This document shows, one piece after another, positions 1 to 9,583 of a stretch of 51,754 nucleotides of DNA. Every line of letters begins with the position of its first letter. Position 1 is the first letter of the stretch. Origin of the DNA: Bacteroidales bacterium (GTDB lineage: Bacteria > Bacteroidota > Bacteroidia > Bacteroidales > CAIWKO01). Below the pieces are notes generated by a model. The model worked only from the letters and a program-made list of their open reading frames with translations. It did no database searches and was not told where the DNA came from. Made by a program: the position numbers and the translations under genes. The DNA is taken from NCBI GenBank assembly GCA_035389045.1, contig DAOORA010000027.1, forward strand, positions 1 to 51,754. The letters are read 5' to 3'.

Positions 1-406
1 CGGTGGCTTCGAGAGCCTCAGCCACCGGGGCTTCGACAGGCTCAGCCGCCGGGGACGACAGGCTCAACCACCGGGGATTTTCAACGGCCCAAGGCCCGAA
101 GGGAGTAGATAATCAAGAATAGCTGCAAGTGATAGGATGACTGCGCGCCGGCCTGACGCTGAAGGCAGTCATGCTATCACTAAAACAGGCGGTGGCTTCG
201 AGAGCCTCAGCCACCGGGGCTTCGACAGGCTCAGCCGCCGGGGATTCGACAGGCTCTGCCGCAGTATTGCAGGGAAAGGAAAATCAATTTGTTGGCCCCG
301 GCCCTAAGGGTGCAAATTGATTTTCGATATGTCTTGATGGATCAGCAAAATAAGCGGTGGCTTCGAGAGCCTCAGCCACCGGGGCTTAGGGAGCCTCAGC
401 CGCCGG
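1..406. repeat. Three clusters of ~24-bp REP-like palindromic units (1-77, 190-262, 355-406)
   Basis: Unit CGG(T/G)GGCTTCGA(G/C)AG(C/G)CTCAGCC(A/G)C in tandem. 1-55 is identical to 190-244. The first unit forms a hairpin (GGTGGCT...AGCCACC). Confidence 0.85.
128..181. repeat. Inverted repeat / stem-loop between REP clusters
   Basis: AGTGATAG-G-ATGACTGC (128-144) pairs with GCAGTCAT-G-CTATCACT (165-181); one G-G mismatch, 20-nt loop. Confidence 0.8.
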
Positions 407-573
407 TTCGTTTACAGTTCGGCAGCCTTCAACTATTAAATTCTATTATCTATGTCATGTTTGCACTAAGTCGCTGTTTTTTCTTTAACCATAAAACCTA
501 TTTTTTACTTTCAGCGACTCAAAAAAGAATCTGCTATTTTATGAAAAATAAATAAGTTATGACCTTAAATTTA

Positions 574-581
574 TATTTTTG
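574..581 (+). promoter_or_regulatory. Putative Bacteroidota sigma-A -7 element
   Basis: TATTTTTG matches TAnnTTTG, 32 nt upstream of ATG 614. Confidence 0.5.
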
Positions 582-613
582 TCTGAGAAATTGTTTCTGA
601 ACAAAAACATCTT

Positions 614-2965
614 ATGCAAATTTCCCGGTCCCGGTTGATAAAAGCATCCCTGATCATCATTATTTTATTTACAGGGTTGATTTACCTGAAAACCGCCTCT
701 TTTGGTTTTGTCAACTGGGACGATGATGAAAACATAAGATCCAATGTTCGTTACAGGGAGTTGAATTATGATAATTTGAAGTATCACTTTCAGCACTCCA
801 GATTTAAGGCTCTGGCAATATGGAGTTTTATGGCTGATGCCCGATTATTTGGCGCAAAGGCCACCGGATTTCACCTGCATAATGTATTACTCCATATTAT
901 CAATATCCTTTTGATATTTTTCATGGTCAGAAAAATCGCCCAAAAAGATACTATTGCAATAGTAACTGCCGCATTGTTTGCCCTGCACCCGGTTTTTGCG
1001 GAGCCGGTGGCCTGGGTTACCGGGCGCAAAGACTTACTTTTTGTGTTTTTTTCATTGTTGGCCATTATATGCTATCTGCAGTATCTTGAAAAAAAACACA
1101 AGCTCTTATGGTTGCCGGCTGTGATGTTGTTGGTATATTTTGCCAGCCTGGCCAAAATACAGGCGGTAACAATTCCGCTCATATTACTTGCTGTTGACTG
1201 GTTTTATAATAGGAAGATATCTTATGAATCAGTGTTTGAAAAATTCATTGTGTTATCGTTAATCCTTGATAAATGGATAATACTATTAATTTTCAGTATT
1301 TTATACCTGTTAATTTTTTCTTATAACAATTTTAAAGTACCCATACGGCAAAAGATATCTCATAAAAACATTCCCGCCTTATTTTTTTGGTATCTGATCA
1401 TCATAACATTTTTTATTTCAGGACTCTTCGTCAAGTTTTTTTACGGAGAACATAAAAATATTTTTCTGGTACCGATCATTTCATATGCAGTTTACGGTAT
1501 AGGATGTATTTATGCATTGAAAAACAAGCAACAAATTATAATGCAAATTTCAAAAGTCAGCTTCAATAAAAAATTACTCATTTTTTTGGGTTTGTTTATG
1601 ATATTTATTTTTGAACTGATCATAATTAGGAAAATTGACACCATAGTTTCGCTGGTTTCCTCATGGCCGTTGTGGACAATAAAACCGGGTTCTGATAATT
1701 TCTTTACTTTCGGAGAACGACTTTTACTTGCCCCAAATTCTTTATGGTATTACGTTTCAAGGTTTTTTCTTTTCAGAATGCAGGATCCCATGATACCCTA
1801 TCCTGCGCGCTCTGATGCAGGGGTACTGCCGGCAGGTATGATAACTACGGGAATAATTGTAACTTTTGTTTTTGCTGTAATCGTTTTTGTGCTGTTCAGG
1901 TATTTCAGGAAAAATAAACTGGTTGTACTAGGATTTCTCTGGTTTCTGGCAAGCATAAGCATCGTACTGCACATTATTCCCATCGAAGGACGTGTTCTTG
2001 CTGCAGACAGATACACTTATCCTGCCTTTATTGGTCTGTTTATGATCGCCGGCGCTTCGGCAGATGCTCTTCTGCAAAAATTCAAGCGGGCCTACATAAC
2101 AGCCGGAGTGCTTATGATTACCCTTTTTCTGGGCATAAAAACCTTTATGGATCTTGATACCTGGAAAAGCTCAAAAAGCTTATGGGAAAGGGCGATTGAG
2201 ACAAACCCGCAAAACCATTACGCCATGTACAGTTTAAGCCTGGCCTGTTTTGCCGAAGAAAAAAATCCTGAAAAAGCGCTGAAATACCTCGACAATGCGA
2301 TCACCCTTAAGGAAGATTTTCAGTATTTTAATAACCGGGGGCGTATCCGGTATGCTGTGAGGGATTTACAGGGCGCCATTGAAGATTTTAACCAATCCAT
2401 TGATTTGGACACTAACAGCTATGCAGCTTACAATAACCGCGGAGCCATAAAACAGCAGTTGTGGGATTTTAAATCTGCATTAGCGGATTATAACAAGGCT
2501 ATTGCCCTGAACCAGCGGTTTGAAGATGCCATCACGAACAGGCACAAGGTTTTGCATCTGATATTTCTTGACAGTCTGCTGAATAATAACCTGGCCATCC
2601 CGCAGGAAATGCAGGGGGATTTAGCCGGATACATTGAAAAAACCAGCCAATTCTATATTAATAAAAAAGATTTTGATAAAGCTTCATTTTATTTGTCGAA
2701 AGGCATACATCTGTATCCGGATCATGTGTCTTTTCATGAAATGCTGGCTGTGATGTACCAATTGAACAAGGAACAAGCAAGAGCCATGGAGGCATACAAC
2801 AGGGGCTTGTTTTACCTGCCCCTCCACCCTGCCCTTTTGCTTGGCCGGGGAATACTTTTTTTGGAAACAGGGGATACCATAAACGCATGTACTGATTTTA
2901 AAATGTCTGCTGCAAAAGGGAATCCAGATGCCGGTAATCTGAGCAGGGAGTTTTGTGGAAATTGA
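614..2965 (+). CDS. TMTC-like GT-C membrane glycosyltransferase with C-terminal TPR repeats
   Basis: N-terminal TM then NWDD acidic motif, FHLHNVLLH, LFALHPVFAEPVAWVTGRKDLL, ADRYTY; many TM segments; TPR-like repeats (YFNNRG..., AYNNRG...A..DYNKAI) at the C-terminus. Confidence 0.85.
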   Translation: MQISRSRLIKASLIIIILFTGLIYLKTASFGFVNWDDDENIRSNVRYRELNYDNLKYHFQHSRFKALAIWSFMADARLFGAKATGFHLHNVLLHIINILLIFFMVRKIAQKDTIAIVTAALFALHPVFAEPVAWVTGRKDLLFVFFSLLAIICYLQYLEKKHKLLWLPAVMLLVYFASLAKIQAVTIPLILLAVDWFYNRKISYESVFEKFIVLSLILDKWIILLIFSILYLLIFSYNNFKVPIRQKISHKNIPALFFWYLIIITFFISGLFVKFFYGEHKNIFLVPIISYAVYGIGCIYALKNKQQIIMQISKVSFNKKLLIFLGLFMIFIFELIIIRKIDTIVSLVSSWPLWTIKPGSDNFFTFGERLLLAPNSLWYYVSRFFLFRMQDPMIPYPARSDAGVLPAGMITTGIIVTFVFAVIVFVLFRYFRKNKLVVLGFLWFLASISIVLHIIPIEGRVLAADRYTYPAFIGLFMIAGASADALLQKFKRAYITAGVLMITLFLGIKTFMDLDTWKSSKSLWERAIETNPQNHYAMYSLSLACFAEEKNPEKALKYLDNAITLKEDFQYFNNRGRIRYAVRDLQGAIEDFNQSIDLDTNSYAAYNNRGAIKQQLWDFKSALADYNKAIALNQRFEDAITNRHKVLHLIFLDSLLNNNLAIPQEMQGDLAGYIEKTSQFYINKKDFDKASFYLSKGIHLYPDHVSFHEMLAVMYQLNKEQARAMEAYNRGLFYLPLHPALLLGRGILFLETGDTINACTDFKMSAAKGNPDAGNLSREFCGN

Positions 2966-3294
2966 TGGAGTACTATTCGTCTGTCCGGATTTTCGGAGAC
3001 TGGTCAAGTTTTTTTTGAGGTGCTGAAACTAATCAATGTTTATCAATAAACATATTTATTTGGAAATAATTATACTGCATAAGTTTAGTGGATGATTTCA
3101 CTTGCTTGTATTTCTGCCCTGACGTATATTTTGTAAAAGGCATAACCCTGTCTAAATATCAGCAGACAGGCAGGCAAAGTATAATATTATTCTAGTGCAT
3201 CTATGTTTCATACTGCCATGGCGGCTTAGGTCACTGGCATGGGCTATCTGGAACTATTATTTGGCATTAATTTTTATTGATGCCACGTTTGACC

Positions 3295-3786
3295 GGTGCA
3301 GAGTACCGCAACATTTGTAAAAATAATTGAAATGAGATATAAGGTACAGCGTACCGAAATATCAAACACCTGATTATGACCGAAACATCAATACTCTGAT
3401 GTAAAACCTATTGTTTTCACACCCCAAAAAGAGGTATTTATACCTGTGATTGTTATGCATCATGAGCATAAAATGTGTACCTATTGAACCATATACGACC
3501 ATTTAAATTAATTAGAGTCTGTCCATGATGTCCGATTTCTTCCCTTCCTGTCCGCCAGCCGGCGGACGGACAGGTTTACTCTTGTCTTGAAAACAGTCGT
3601 CCGCCAGTTAGCGGACTCCTTGATTTTCAAGACTACGAAAACCCCGAACTCGAACATTCTGGTTCAAACTCTGACTTGATAGACAGACACTAATTATGTA
3701 TGTGGCAGATACAATATTACGGTGCTCTGCACCTAACATTTTTTGCGGGGAATTACTGCTTACAAATATTTCGGGGCGCTGCCCCT
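3295..3786. repeat. Pair of inverted REP-like doublets (3295-3362 forward, 3714-3786 reverse)
   Basis: GGTGCAGAGTACCGCAACATTTGTAA and AGGTACAGCGTACCGAAATAT versus reverse-oriented ATATTACGGTGCTCTGCACCT and TTACAAATATTTCGGGGCGCTGCCCCT (17/20 match for the best pair). Confidence 0.7.
3515..3690. mobile_element. MITE-like non-autonomous element
   Basis: Terminal inverted repeats GAGTCTGTC / GACAGACAC, both flanked by TAATTA; internal hairpins (GTCTTGAAAA/TTTTCAAGAC and two TCCGCCAG..GCGGA palindromes); no ORF. Confidence 0.6.
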
Positions 3787-4118
3787 GTTAACGTTAATTT
3801 TCTAAATATAACCCATAGATTCACACAACAACTGCACGTAATTGAATATCATTTTGGTAACAAATTCGCAAACACAGTAGCAGTGAATAATATTATACAC
3901 TATTATACTATATTTTGTATCATTTTTTAATTCACTTAATATCAATGTTTTATTTTGTTGTGTATAAAAGAGGAATGAAACTCAGGTAATTTCCTATATC
4001 TTTTTTTCATGAATACGATGTTTCTTTCCTTACTCATAGTAACAATCTTTTCTTATAGCACCTCAAAAAATGAAATTACCTCGGAGATTTGATAGCACAT
4101 TCTTAGAATATTTATTCG

Positions 4119-4126
4119 TATTTTTG
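4119..4126 (+). promoter_or_regulatory. Putative -7 promoter element for the wzm operon
   Basis: TATTTTTG (TAnnTTTG) upstream of ATG 4194. Confidence 0.4.
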
Positions 4127-4193
4127 TAAAATACCAGTAAAAACTGTTGCTTTTTGCAATTCTTATTAATTACACAAAAAGATTTCAGTCGAC

Positions 4194-4997
4194 ATGAATC
4201 ATCAGTCAGACGTTACCATAAGAAATTACGTAAAGGCGATATGGAACTATCGTTACTTAACATACTCGCTGGGTATTGGTGATATTAAGAAAAAATACTC
4301 TTTGAGAACTTTCGGGGTGTTTTTCAGTGTTTTACAGGTTGTCATTACTTTGGTTGTTTACTGGGCAATTTTTGGTGTTATTCTGGGTGTGGGTGTATGG
4401 GGTATTCCTTATCCCCTGTTTGCCTTGCCGGGAATTATTATGTGGCAGTTTTTTTCTGCTACTGTTGGTTCAATGAACGCATCATTGCATAATTCATCCA
4501 ACTTAATATCCAAACTGTATTTTCCGAGGATCAATCTTCTGATTTCACGTCTTATCATTACACTGCCTGATTTACTTATTGGATTAGCCATTTATTTTTT
4601 GTTACTGTTGTATTACAATCAGTCGTTTATCATATCCTGGCTGTGGATATTGCCCCTGATTTTCTATCTGATTCTGGTAACCTTCGGTGTTGGCCTCTGG
4701 CTTAGTATCGTTTCGCTATATCATAAGCAGACTGGAGATATATTGCTTCAATTGGTCAGTTTTTGCTTTTTCATAACCCCGGTTTTTTATCCGGGAACTA
4801 TCGTTCCGGAACACTATAAAATACTTATGAATATTAATCCCATGGCTGCTGTTATTGATGTGTTCAGGGAGTCTTTTTTTATTAGCTTTCCAAAAGACAA
4901 TGGTTATATTATGGGATTTATACTGGGGTTGCTTTTATTTGCCAGTTCGTGTATATTTTTTATGAGAATTGAAAAAAAGATAGCTGATTTGTTATGA
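4194..4997 (+). CDS. wzm: ABC-2 type polysaccharide/O-antigen export permease
   Basis: ~6 TM segments; motifs YPLFALPGIIMWQFF, NLISKLYFPR, FFITPVFYP, INPMAAVID..R; overlaps the ATPase start (ATGA). Confidence 0.92.
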   Translation: MNHQSDVTIRNYVKAIWNYRYLTYSLGIGDIKKKYSLRTFGVFFSVLQVVITLVVYWAIFGVILGVGVWGIPYPLFALPGIIMWQFFSATVGSMNASLHNSSNLISKLYFPRINLLISRLIITLPDLLIGLAIYFLLLLYYNQSFIISWLWILPLIFYLILVTFGVGLWLSIVSLYHKQTGDILLQLVSFCFFITPVFYPGTIVPEHYKILMNINPMAAVIDVFRESFFISFPKDNGYIMGFILGLLLFASSCIFFMRIEKKIADLL

Positions 4998-6226
4998 CAG
5001 AAAAAGTGGCTGTTGAGATTAAAAATGTTTCTAAAAAATATTCCCTTCAGGGAATGAGAACTGCAAAATTTTTGAATTTTATCAATTTACATATAAAAGA
5101 ACAAGAAGCCTTTTTCGCTTTAAAAAACGTTAATTTAACGATCTACAAAGGTGAAATACTTGGAATTATTGGTCCAAACGGAAGCGGAAAAAGTACACTC
5201 CTGAAATTAATAAGCCAAATCACTTCTCCCTCTGGAGGAGAAATTGAAATAAACGGGAAGGTTGCATCGATACTTGAAATAGGAATTGGTTTTCAGCCTG
5301 AACTATCGGGTCATGAAAATATTTTTTTATCAGGTTATATGTACGGCCTCAGCAAAAGAAAAATTGAACAAAACATTGATAACATCGTTGAGATGTTCGG
5401 ATTCCCTGATTTTATTCATACACCGGTTAAGAATTACTCATCAGGGATGTATATGCGTCTGGCTTTTTCAATAGTTTGTCATATTGAAGCAGATATTTAT
5501 TTATTTGATGAGGTGCTAAGTGTGGGTGACGAAAAATTTCAAGGTATTGCAATTAATGAAATAAGGAAAATCAAAGAAAAAGGTGCAAGTGTTTGCATAG
5601 TAACACATGCACATAAAAGCATTTCCGATCTATGTGATAAGGCCTTGTTGTTAAACAAAGGGGAAGTAGTTTCTTATGGACAAACTCATGAAGTACTGAC
5701 CTCTTATGCCCGATTAATATACAAATCAGATGAGCACGATGATAATCTGTGTTTTGAAATATCAGGAGCGAATCTCGCATCAAAAAATCATATTTTTTTA
5801 AAAACCAATGATTTTGTTTTTGTTGCAGAAGAAATAAGGGTAAAAAATGATCCAAATATTGAGGAACATCTTTATAACAATCGAAAATTAATTATTGAAA
5901 TAATATTTAGTTTACAATCAATTATCCCTATAAAGCTGGTGCTTTTTATTAAAGAAAGGTATGACAATATTTTAACATCGTATTTAAACGATTTTTATCC
6001 GATGCCCATACAAGAAAAATGTAAAATAACCATATCTTATGACGCTAATACGTTTAATCCTGCAACATATACTCTCGACTTAGTTGTTCTGGTAAATGAA
6101 GAATATGCACAATCATATTTAAATATTCTGAAATTTAACCTGATTGATGAAAAAAATATTATAAGTAATAATTTTAATATTGGATATATAAACATTCATG
6201 CAACTTCAAATATTGAAAAAATTTGA
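4994..6226 (+). CDS. wzt: Polysaccharide ABC exporter ATP-binding protein with C-terminal extension (Wzt_C-like)
   Basis: Walker A GPNGSGKST, GFQPELSGHENI, signature YSSGM, Walker B LFDEV, H-loop VTH; ~170 aa beta-rich C-terminal domain. Confidence 0.92.
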   Translation: MTEKVAVEIKNVSKKYSLQGMRTAKFLNFINLHIKEQEAFFALKNVNLTIYKGEILGIIGPNGSGKSTLLKLISQITSPSGGEIEINGKVASILEIGIGFQPELSGHENIFLSGYMYGLSKRKIEQNIDNIVEMFGFPDFIHTPVKNYSSGMYMRLAFSIVCHIEADIYLFDEVLSVGDEKFQGIAINEIRKIKEKGASVCIVTHAHKSISDLCDKALLLNKGEVVSYGQTHEVLTSYARLIYKSDEHDDNLCFEISGANLASKNHIFLKTNDFVFVAEEIRVKNDPNIEEHLYNNRKLIIEIIFSLQSIIPIKLVLFIKERYDNILTSYLNDFYPMPIQEKCKITISYDANTFNPATYTLDLVVLVNEEYAQSYLNILKFNLIDEKNIISNNFNIGYINIHATSNIEKI

Positions 6227-6338
6227 AAAATATATTTAACAGAATTAAAAAAGGTATCTAAATCATTTGAAATCAAGAAAAAAGGTTTTCTTGGGTTTGG
6301 TTTAAATATGGAGTACAATACATCAAAAACTCATTGCC

Positions 6339-7871
6339 TTGCAAAACATCATTGTTTTTTTCTATCCTGATGCCAAAGGAGATTATATAATACCCCCTTA
6401 TGCTTTTTTATATTTAGAAAGGGCCATAAGAGATTTAGACTTAAGAGTAGTAATACTTGATGAAAAATTGGATACTGACTGGGAACAACAGGTAAACAAA
6501 ATGGCGCCTGAAATATTAATGGCAGGAGTCAGCGTGGTGTTGGGAAACCAGATTACAGGAGCCGTTCATTTTTCCGGGATAATTAAACAAAACGGGGATA
6601 TCCCTGTAATTTGGGGTGGCTGGTTTCCAACATGGAAGCCCGAGGTGTGTCTGAATGAAGAATATGCAGACTTTGTTGTGTCGGGGCAGGGAGAAGCAGG
6701 ATTTTCATTTATTGTAAGAAATCTATTGGAAAGCAAAAGCATCGTTGAGGAGATAAATCATACTACTATTAAGAATTTAAAGTTTGAAAACGTCAGGAAC
6801 AAAGTACTAATAAGTCAAGTAGAGGCGCAGGATTTTAACGAATGGCCGGATATCAGATATGATCTGATTGATATTAGAAAATATGTGAGTTATTCTGAAG
6901 GGAAAGGAATACTTCGTTATTTTGCCACTGCCGGATGTCCCAATCGCTGCAATTTTTGTTTTTTATCCAGTTCATGGAAAGGGAAATGGTTTTCCAGGCC
7001 CGTTGAAAAAGTTATTAATGACATACGTTATTTTATTAGTGAATCCTCTGATATACAATATATTATTTTTGAAGACAATGATCTCTTCCACGACAGGAAC
7101 TTTATTTTATCATTTAGTCACGCTTTAATCAATAACAATTTAAATATTCAGTGGAGTGGCTCAGCCCATATCGGGGATTTTTTAAAAACCTATTCAGAAG
7201 AAGATATTAAAATAATGAAACTCTCGGGTTGCAGATCAATTGCTTCGGGCGCTGAATCAGGGGATCAACAGATAATAGACCTTTTAAATAAAAATTTACT
7301 GGTTTCAGATATTGTAAGATTTGTTTTTCTATTAAGCAGATACAATATTACACCTTGTTTTTCATTTATGGTATTGTTTCCCGGGAATCCCCAAAAAGAC
7401 TTGCTGGCAACTTTAAAATTAATAATGAAATTGATAAGGATTGATCCCTCCCTTGTGATTTTTTTAAACATATATGCTCCTTCTATAAATAATATTTTTT
7501 TAAAAAGAGCAATAAAATCAGGATATAGGCCACCTGAAAGTTTGGCTGGATTTGAAAAATTTGAGTTGAAACCCCAAAATATGCCATGGATCACAACCTC
7601 ATTATTAAAAAAGATGAAATATTTTGGGTTGTTTTATTTCCGGTTTTACTCAAAGAATCTTTTCAGATTTTCTTACCGGTATAACAGTCTGCCAGAATAC
7701 ATTATTCATTTCCTGGTATGGCCTTTTAACAAAATAAGATTTTATTTTGGAATTACAAATATAACTTTCCTCGGATGGTTATACTGTAAAATATTTATAA
7801 AAAAAGAAAAAGAATGGCCGGCAAATGACTCCTTAAACAAAAGCATCATTATACAGTACGAAAAGAAGTAA
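6339..7871 (+). CDS. B12-binding radical SAM protein (paralog group A)
   Basis: N-terminal B12-binding-like domain (WGGWFPT, GQGE), CPNRCNFC, GAESGD. The TTG start aligns with the N-termini of the next two paralogs. Confidence 0.9.
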   Translation: MQNIIVFFYPDAKGDYIIPPYAFLYLERAIRDLDLRVVILDEKLDTDWEQQVNKMAPEILMAGVSVVLGNQITGAVHFSGIIKQNGDIPVIWGGWFPTWKPEVCLNEEYADFVVSGQGEAGFSFIVRNLLESKSIVEEINHTTIKNLKFENVRNKVLISQVEAQDFNEWPDIRYDLIDIRKYVSYSEGKGILRYFATAGCPNRCNFCFLSSSWKGKWFSRPVEKVINDIRYFISESSDIQYIIFEDNDLFHDRNFILSFSHALINNNLNIQWSGSAHIGDFLKTYSEEDIKIMKLSGCRSIASGAESGDQQIIDLLNKNLLVSDIVRFVFLLSRYNITPCFSFMVLFPGNPQKDLLATLKLIMKLIRIDPSLVIFLNIYAPSINNIFLKRAIKSGYRPPESLAGFEKFELKPQNMPWITTSLLKKMKYFGLFYFRFYSKNLFRFSYRYNSLPEYIIHFLVWPFNKIRFYFGITNITFLGWLYCKIFIKKEKEWPANDSLNKSIIIQYEKK

Positions 7872-7905
7872 TTCAGGATATTTATCTCAGTTGTTTATTC
7901 AAGGA

Positions 7906-9444
7906 ATGAAGGATACTATAATATTAATTTTACCTGATGCCAAAGGCGAAGGTTTTATGCCGCCATATGCATTCCTTTATCTGGAACGTGCTATCAGAGA
8001 TTTATCACTGAATGTTATTATTATTGATGAACGTTTTGATGATGATTGGAAAGAAATTCTTATCTCAAATGCTCAGCGGTTGATGCTGGTGGGTCTAAGT
8101 GTTGCCATCGGTAATCAGTTAATATCTGCAATAAAAATATCTGATTTTATTAAAAATCAATTAAACGTACCTGTCATCTGGGGAGGGTGGCTGCCAACCT
8201 GGAAACCTGAATTATGCCTGTCGCATCCTTTGATCGATTTTGTGGCTGTTGGGCAAGGTGAGTTGATTTTTTCAAAACTTGTTACCACATTAATAAAACA
8301 AAATTTAAATAATGCTTCAGAAAGTTTTTCCGAAATACCAGGTTTGGGCTACAAGGTAAACGATAAAATGTTTATCAATCATTCCCATAAACATTTAAAT
8401 TATTCAGATTTTCCTCCTGTAAATTTATCATTAATTAATATTAAGCAATATACTCTTTATAGCAAAAATAAAAAGAGTAAAAGTTTTCATTATTTTGCCT
8501 CATATGGGTGTCCGTACCGTTGTAATTTTTGCTTTCCTGAAATGGAGTGGCGTGGAAAATGGTTTCATAATGAAATAAAAATAATCATTAATGAATTAAG
8601 GCATATCGTGAATGAAGCTAATGGAATAAATTATATTATATTTGATGATATTAATTTCTTTGGCAACCGGGCGTTTGTTATGAATTTATGCCGGGAATTA
8701 ATAAAAAATGAATTTCATTTTCAATGGAATGCATCAGGTCATATTAAAAACATATTATATGATTATTCTTATGAGGATTTAGAAATTATTAAGCAAGCCG
8801 GTTGCGAATCTGTTTTTGTGGGTGCAGAATCCGGAGACCAAAGAGTCCTGGATAAACTGAATAAGGATCTTACTGTTGATGAGATTATCGCATTTGTTAA
8901 GAAAATGCATCATGCACAAATTAAAAATTCGTGCAGTTTTATGGTTTTTTTCCCTGAAAACGCATGTACAGATTTTAAACTGACCATTAAACTTGTTATG
9001 CGCTTAATGACTATCAGCCCTTATTTTCATTATGCAATACATTATTACTTCCCGGCAAGAACTAATTATTACTATAAAAAAGCATCAGAATTTGGTTTTT
9101 CAATTCCTGATAATCTCGAGGATCTGTCAGTATTTTTTAAAAAAGATATTAATTATCGGTGGCACAAAGATTATTATTTAAAACTATTCAAATATTATGG
9201 AATGTATTATTTGCGTTTTTATAAACTTAATGATACTAATATAAAAACAAAATATAAGTTTTTAAATAGTCTGATCTATAAAATATCATGGCCATTCATC
9301 CGGGTAAGATTTTTTTTCAACTATTTTGGTTTCCCATTAGGAGGCTGGTTGTATTGCGATGTTTTATTTAAGAATATGGTGGATAAATATTTTTTTACAG
9401 ATCCCAACGATAGGTTTTTTATTGGCAGAATAAAAAACAGTTAA
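7906..9444 (+). CDS. B12-binding radical SAM protein (paralog group A)
   Basis: PPYAFLYLERAIRD, WGGWLPT, CPYRCNFC, GAESGD. ATG 7906 (MKDTII) preferred over TTG 7891 by alignment to paralogs. Confidence 0.9.
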   Translation: MKDTIILILPDAKGEGFMPPYAFLYLERAIRDLSLNVIIIDERFDDDWKEILISNAQRLMLVGLSVAIGNQLISAIKISDFIKNQLNVPVIWGGWLPTWKPELCLSHPLIDFVAVGQGELIFSKLVTTLIKQNLNNASESFSEIPGLGYKVNDKMFINHSHKHLNYSDFPPVNLSLINIKQYTLYSKNKKSKSFHYFASYGCPYRCNFCFPEMEWRGKWFHNEIKIIINELRHIVNEANGINYIIFDDINFFGNRAFVMNLCRELIKNEFHFQWNASGHIKNILYDYSYEDLEIIKQAGCESVFVGAESGDQRVLDKLNKDLTVDEIIAFVKKMHHAQIKNSCSFMVFFPENACTDFKLTIKLVMRLMTISPYFHYAIHYYFPARTNYYYKKASEFGFSIPDNLEDLSVFFKKDINYRWHKDYYLKLFKYYGMYYLRFYKLNDTNIKTKYKFLNSLIYKISWPFIRVRFFFNYFGFPLGGWLYCDVLFKNMVDKYFFTDPNDRFFIGRIKNS

Positions 9445-9541
9445 TTCAAAAGTCATACAAAGTCTGCACATTTAAACAGCTCATTTTTTGAAGTTTGTAA
9501 TATTACCGGCATGACAATGAAAATACAATACCTTTTGTTTG

Positions 9542-9549
9542 TACTTTTG
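9542..9549 (+). promoter_or_regulatory. Putative internal -7 promoter element
   Basis: TACTTTTG (TAnnTTTG) 34 nt before ATG 9584. Confidence 0.4.
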
Positions 9550-9583
9550 TATTATACGTGATACTGTTTGGTGTTATTTGCTT

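Noticed and set aside
1..406. CRISPR array
   Set aside because: Units are tandem and degenerate, spacers are ~90-110 bp and partly similar to each other, and no cas genes are present.
289..555. 88-aa ORF with repeated LREPQPP as a RiPP precursor
   Set aside because: The repeat is just the translation of the REP units; TTG start; no leader/core pattern.
3700..3930. 76-aa ORF
   Set aside because: Overlaps REP-like doublets; no recognisable motif.
4009..4092. 27-aa ORF (MNTMFLSLLIVTIFSYSTSKNEITSEI) as a precursor or leader peptide
   Set aside because: No supporting features; expected by chance in AT-rich DNA.
6227..6370. Open frame continuing past the wzt TGA (KIYLTELKKVSKSFEIKKKGFLG...), resembling an ABC ATPase N-terminus or readthrough
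   Set aside because: Short, low complexity, no start codon or recoding signal seen; Wzt is already full length.
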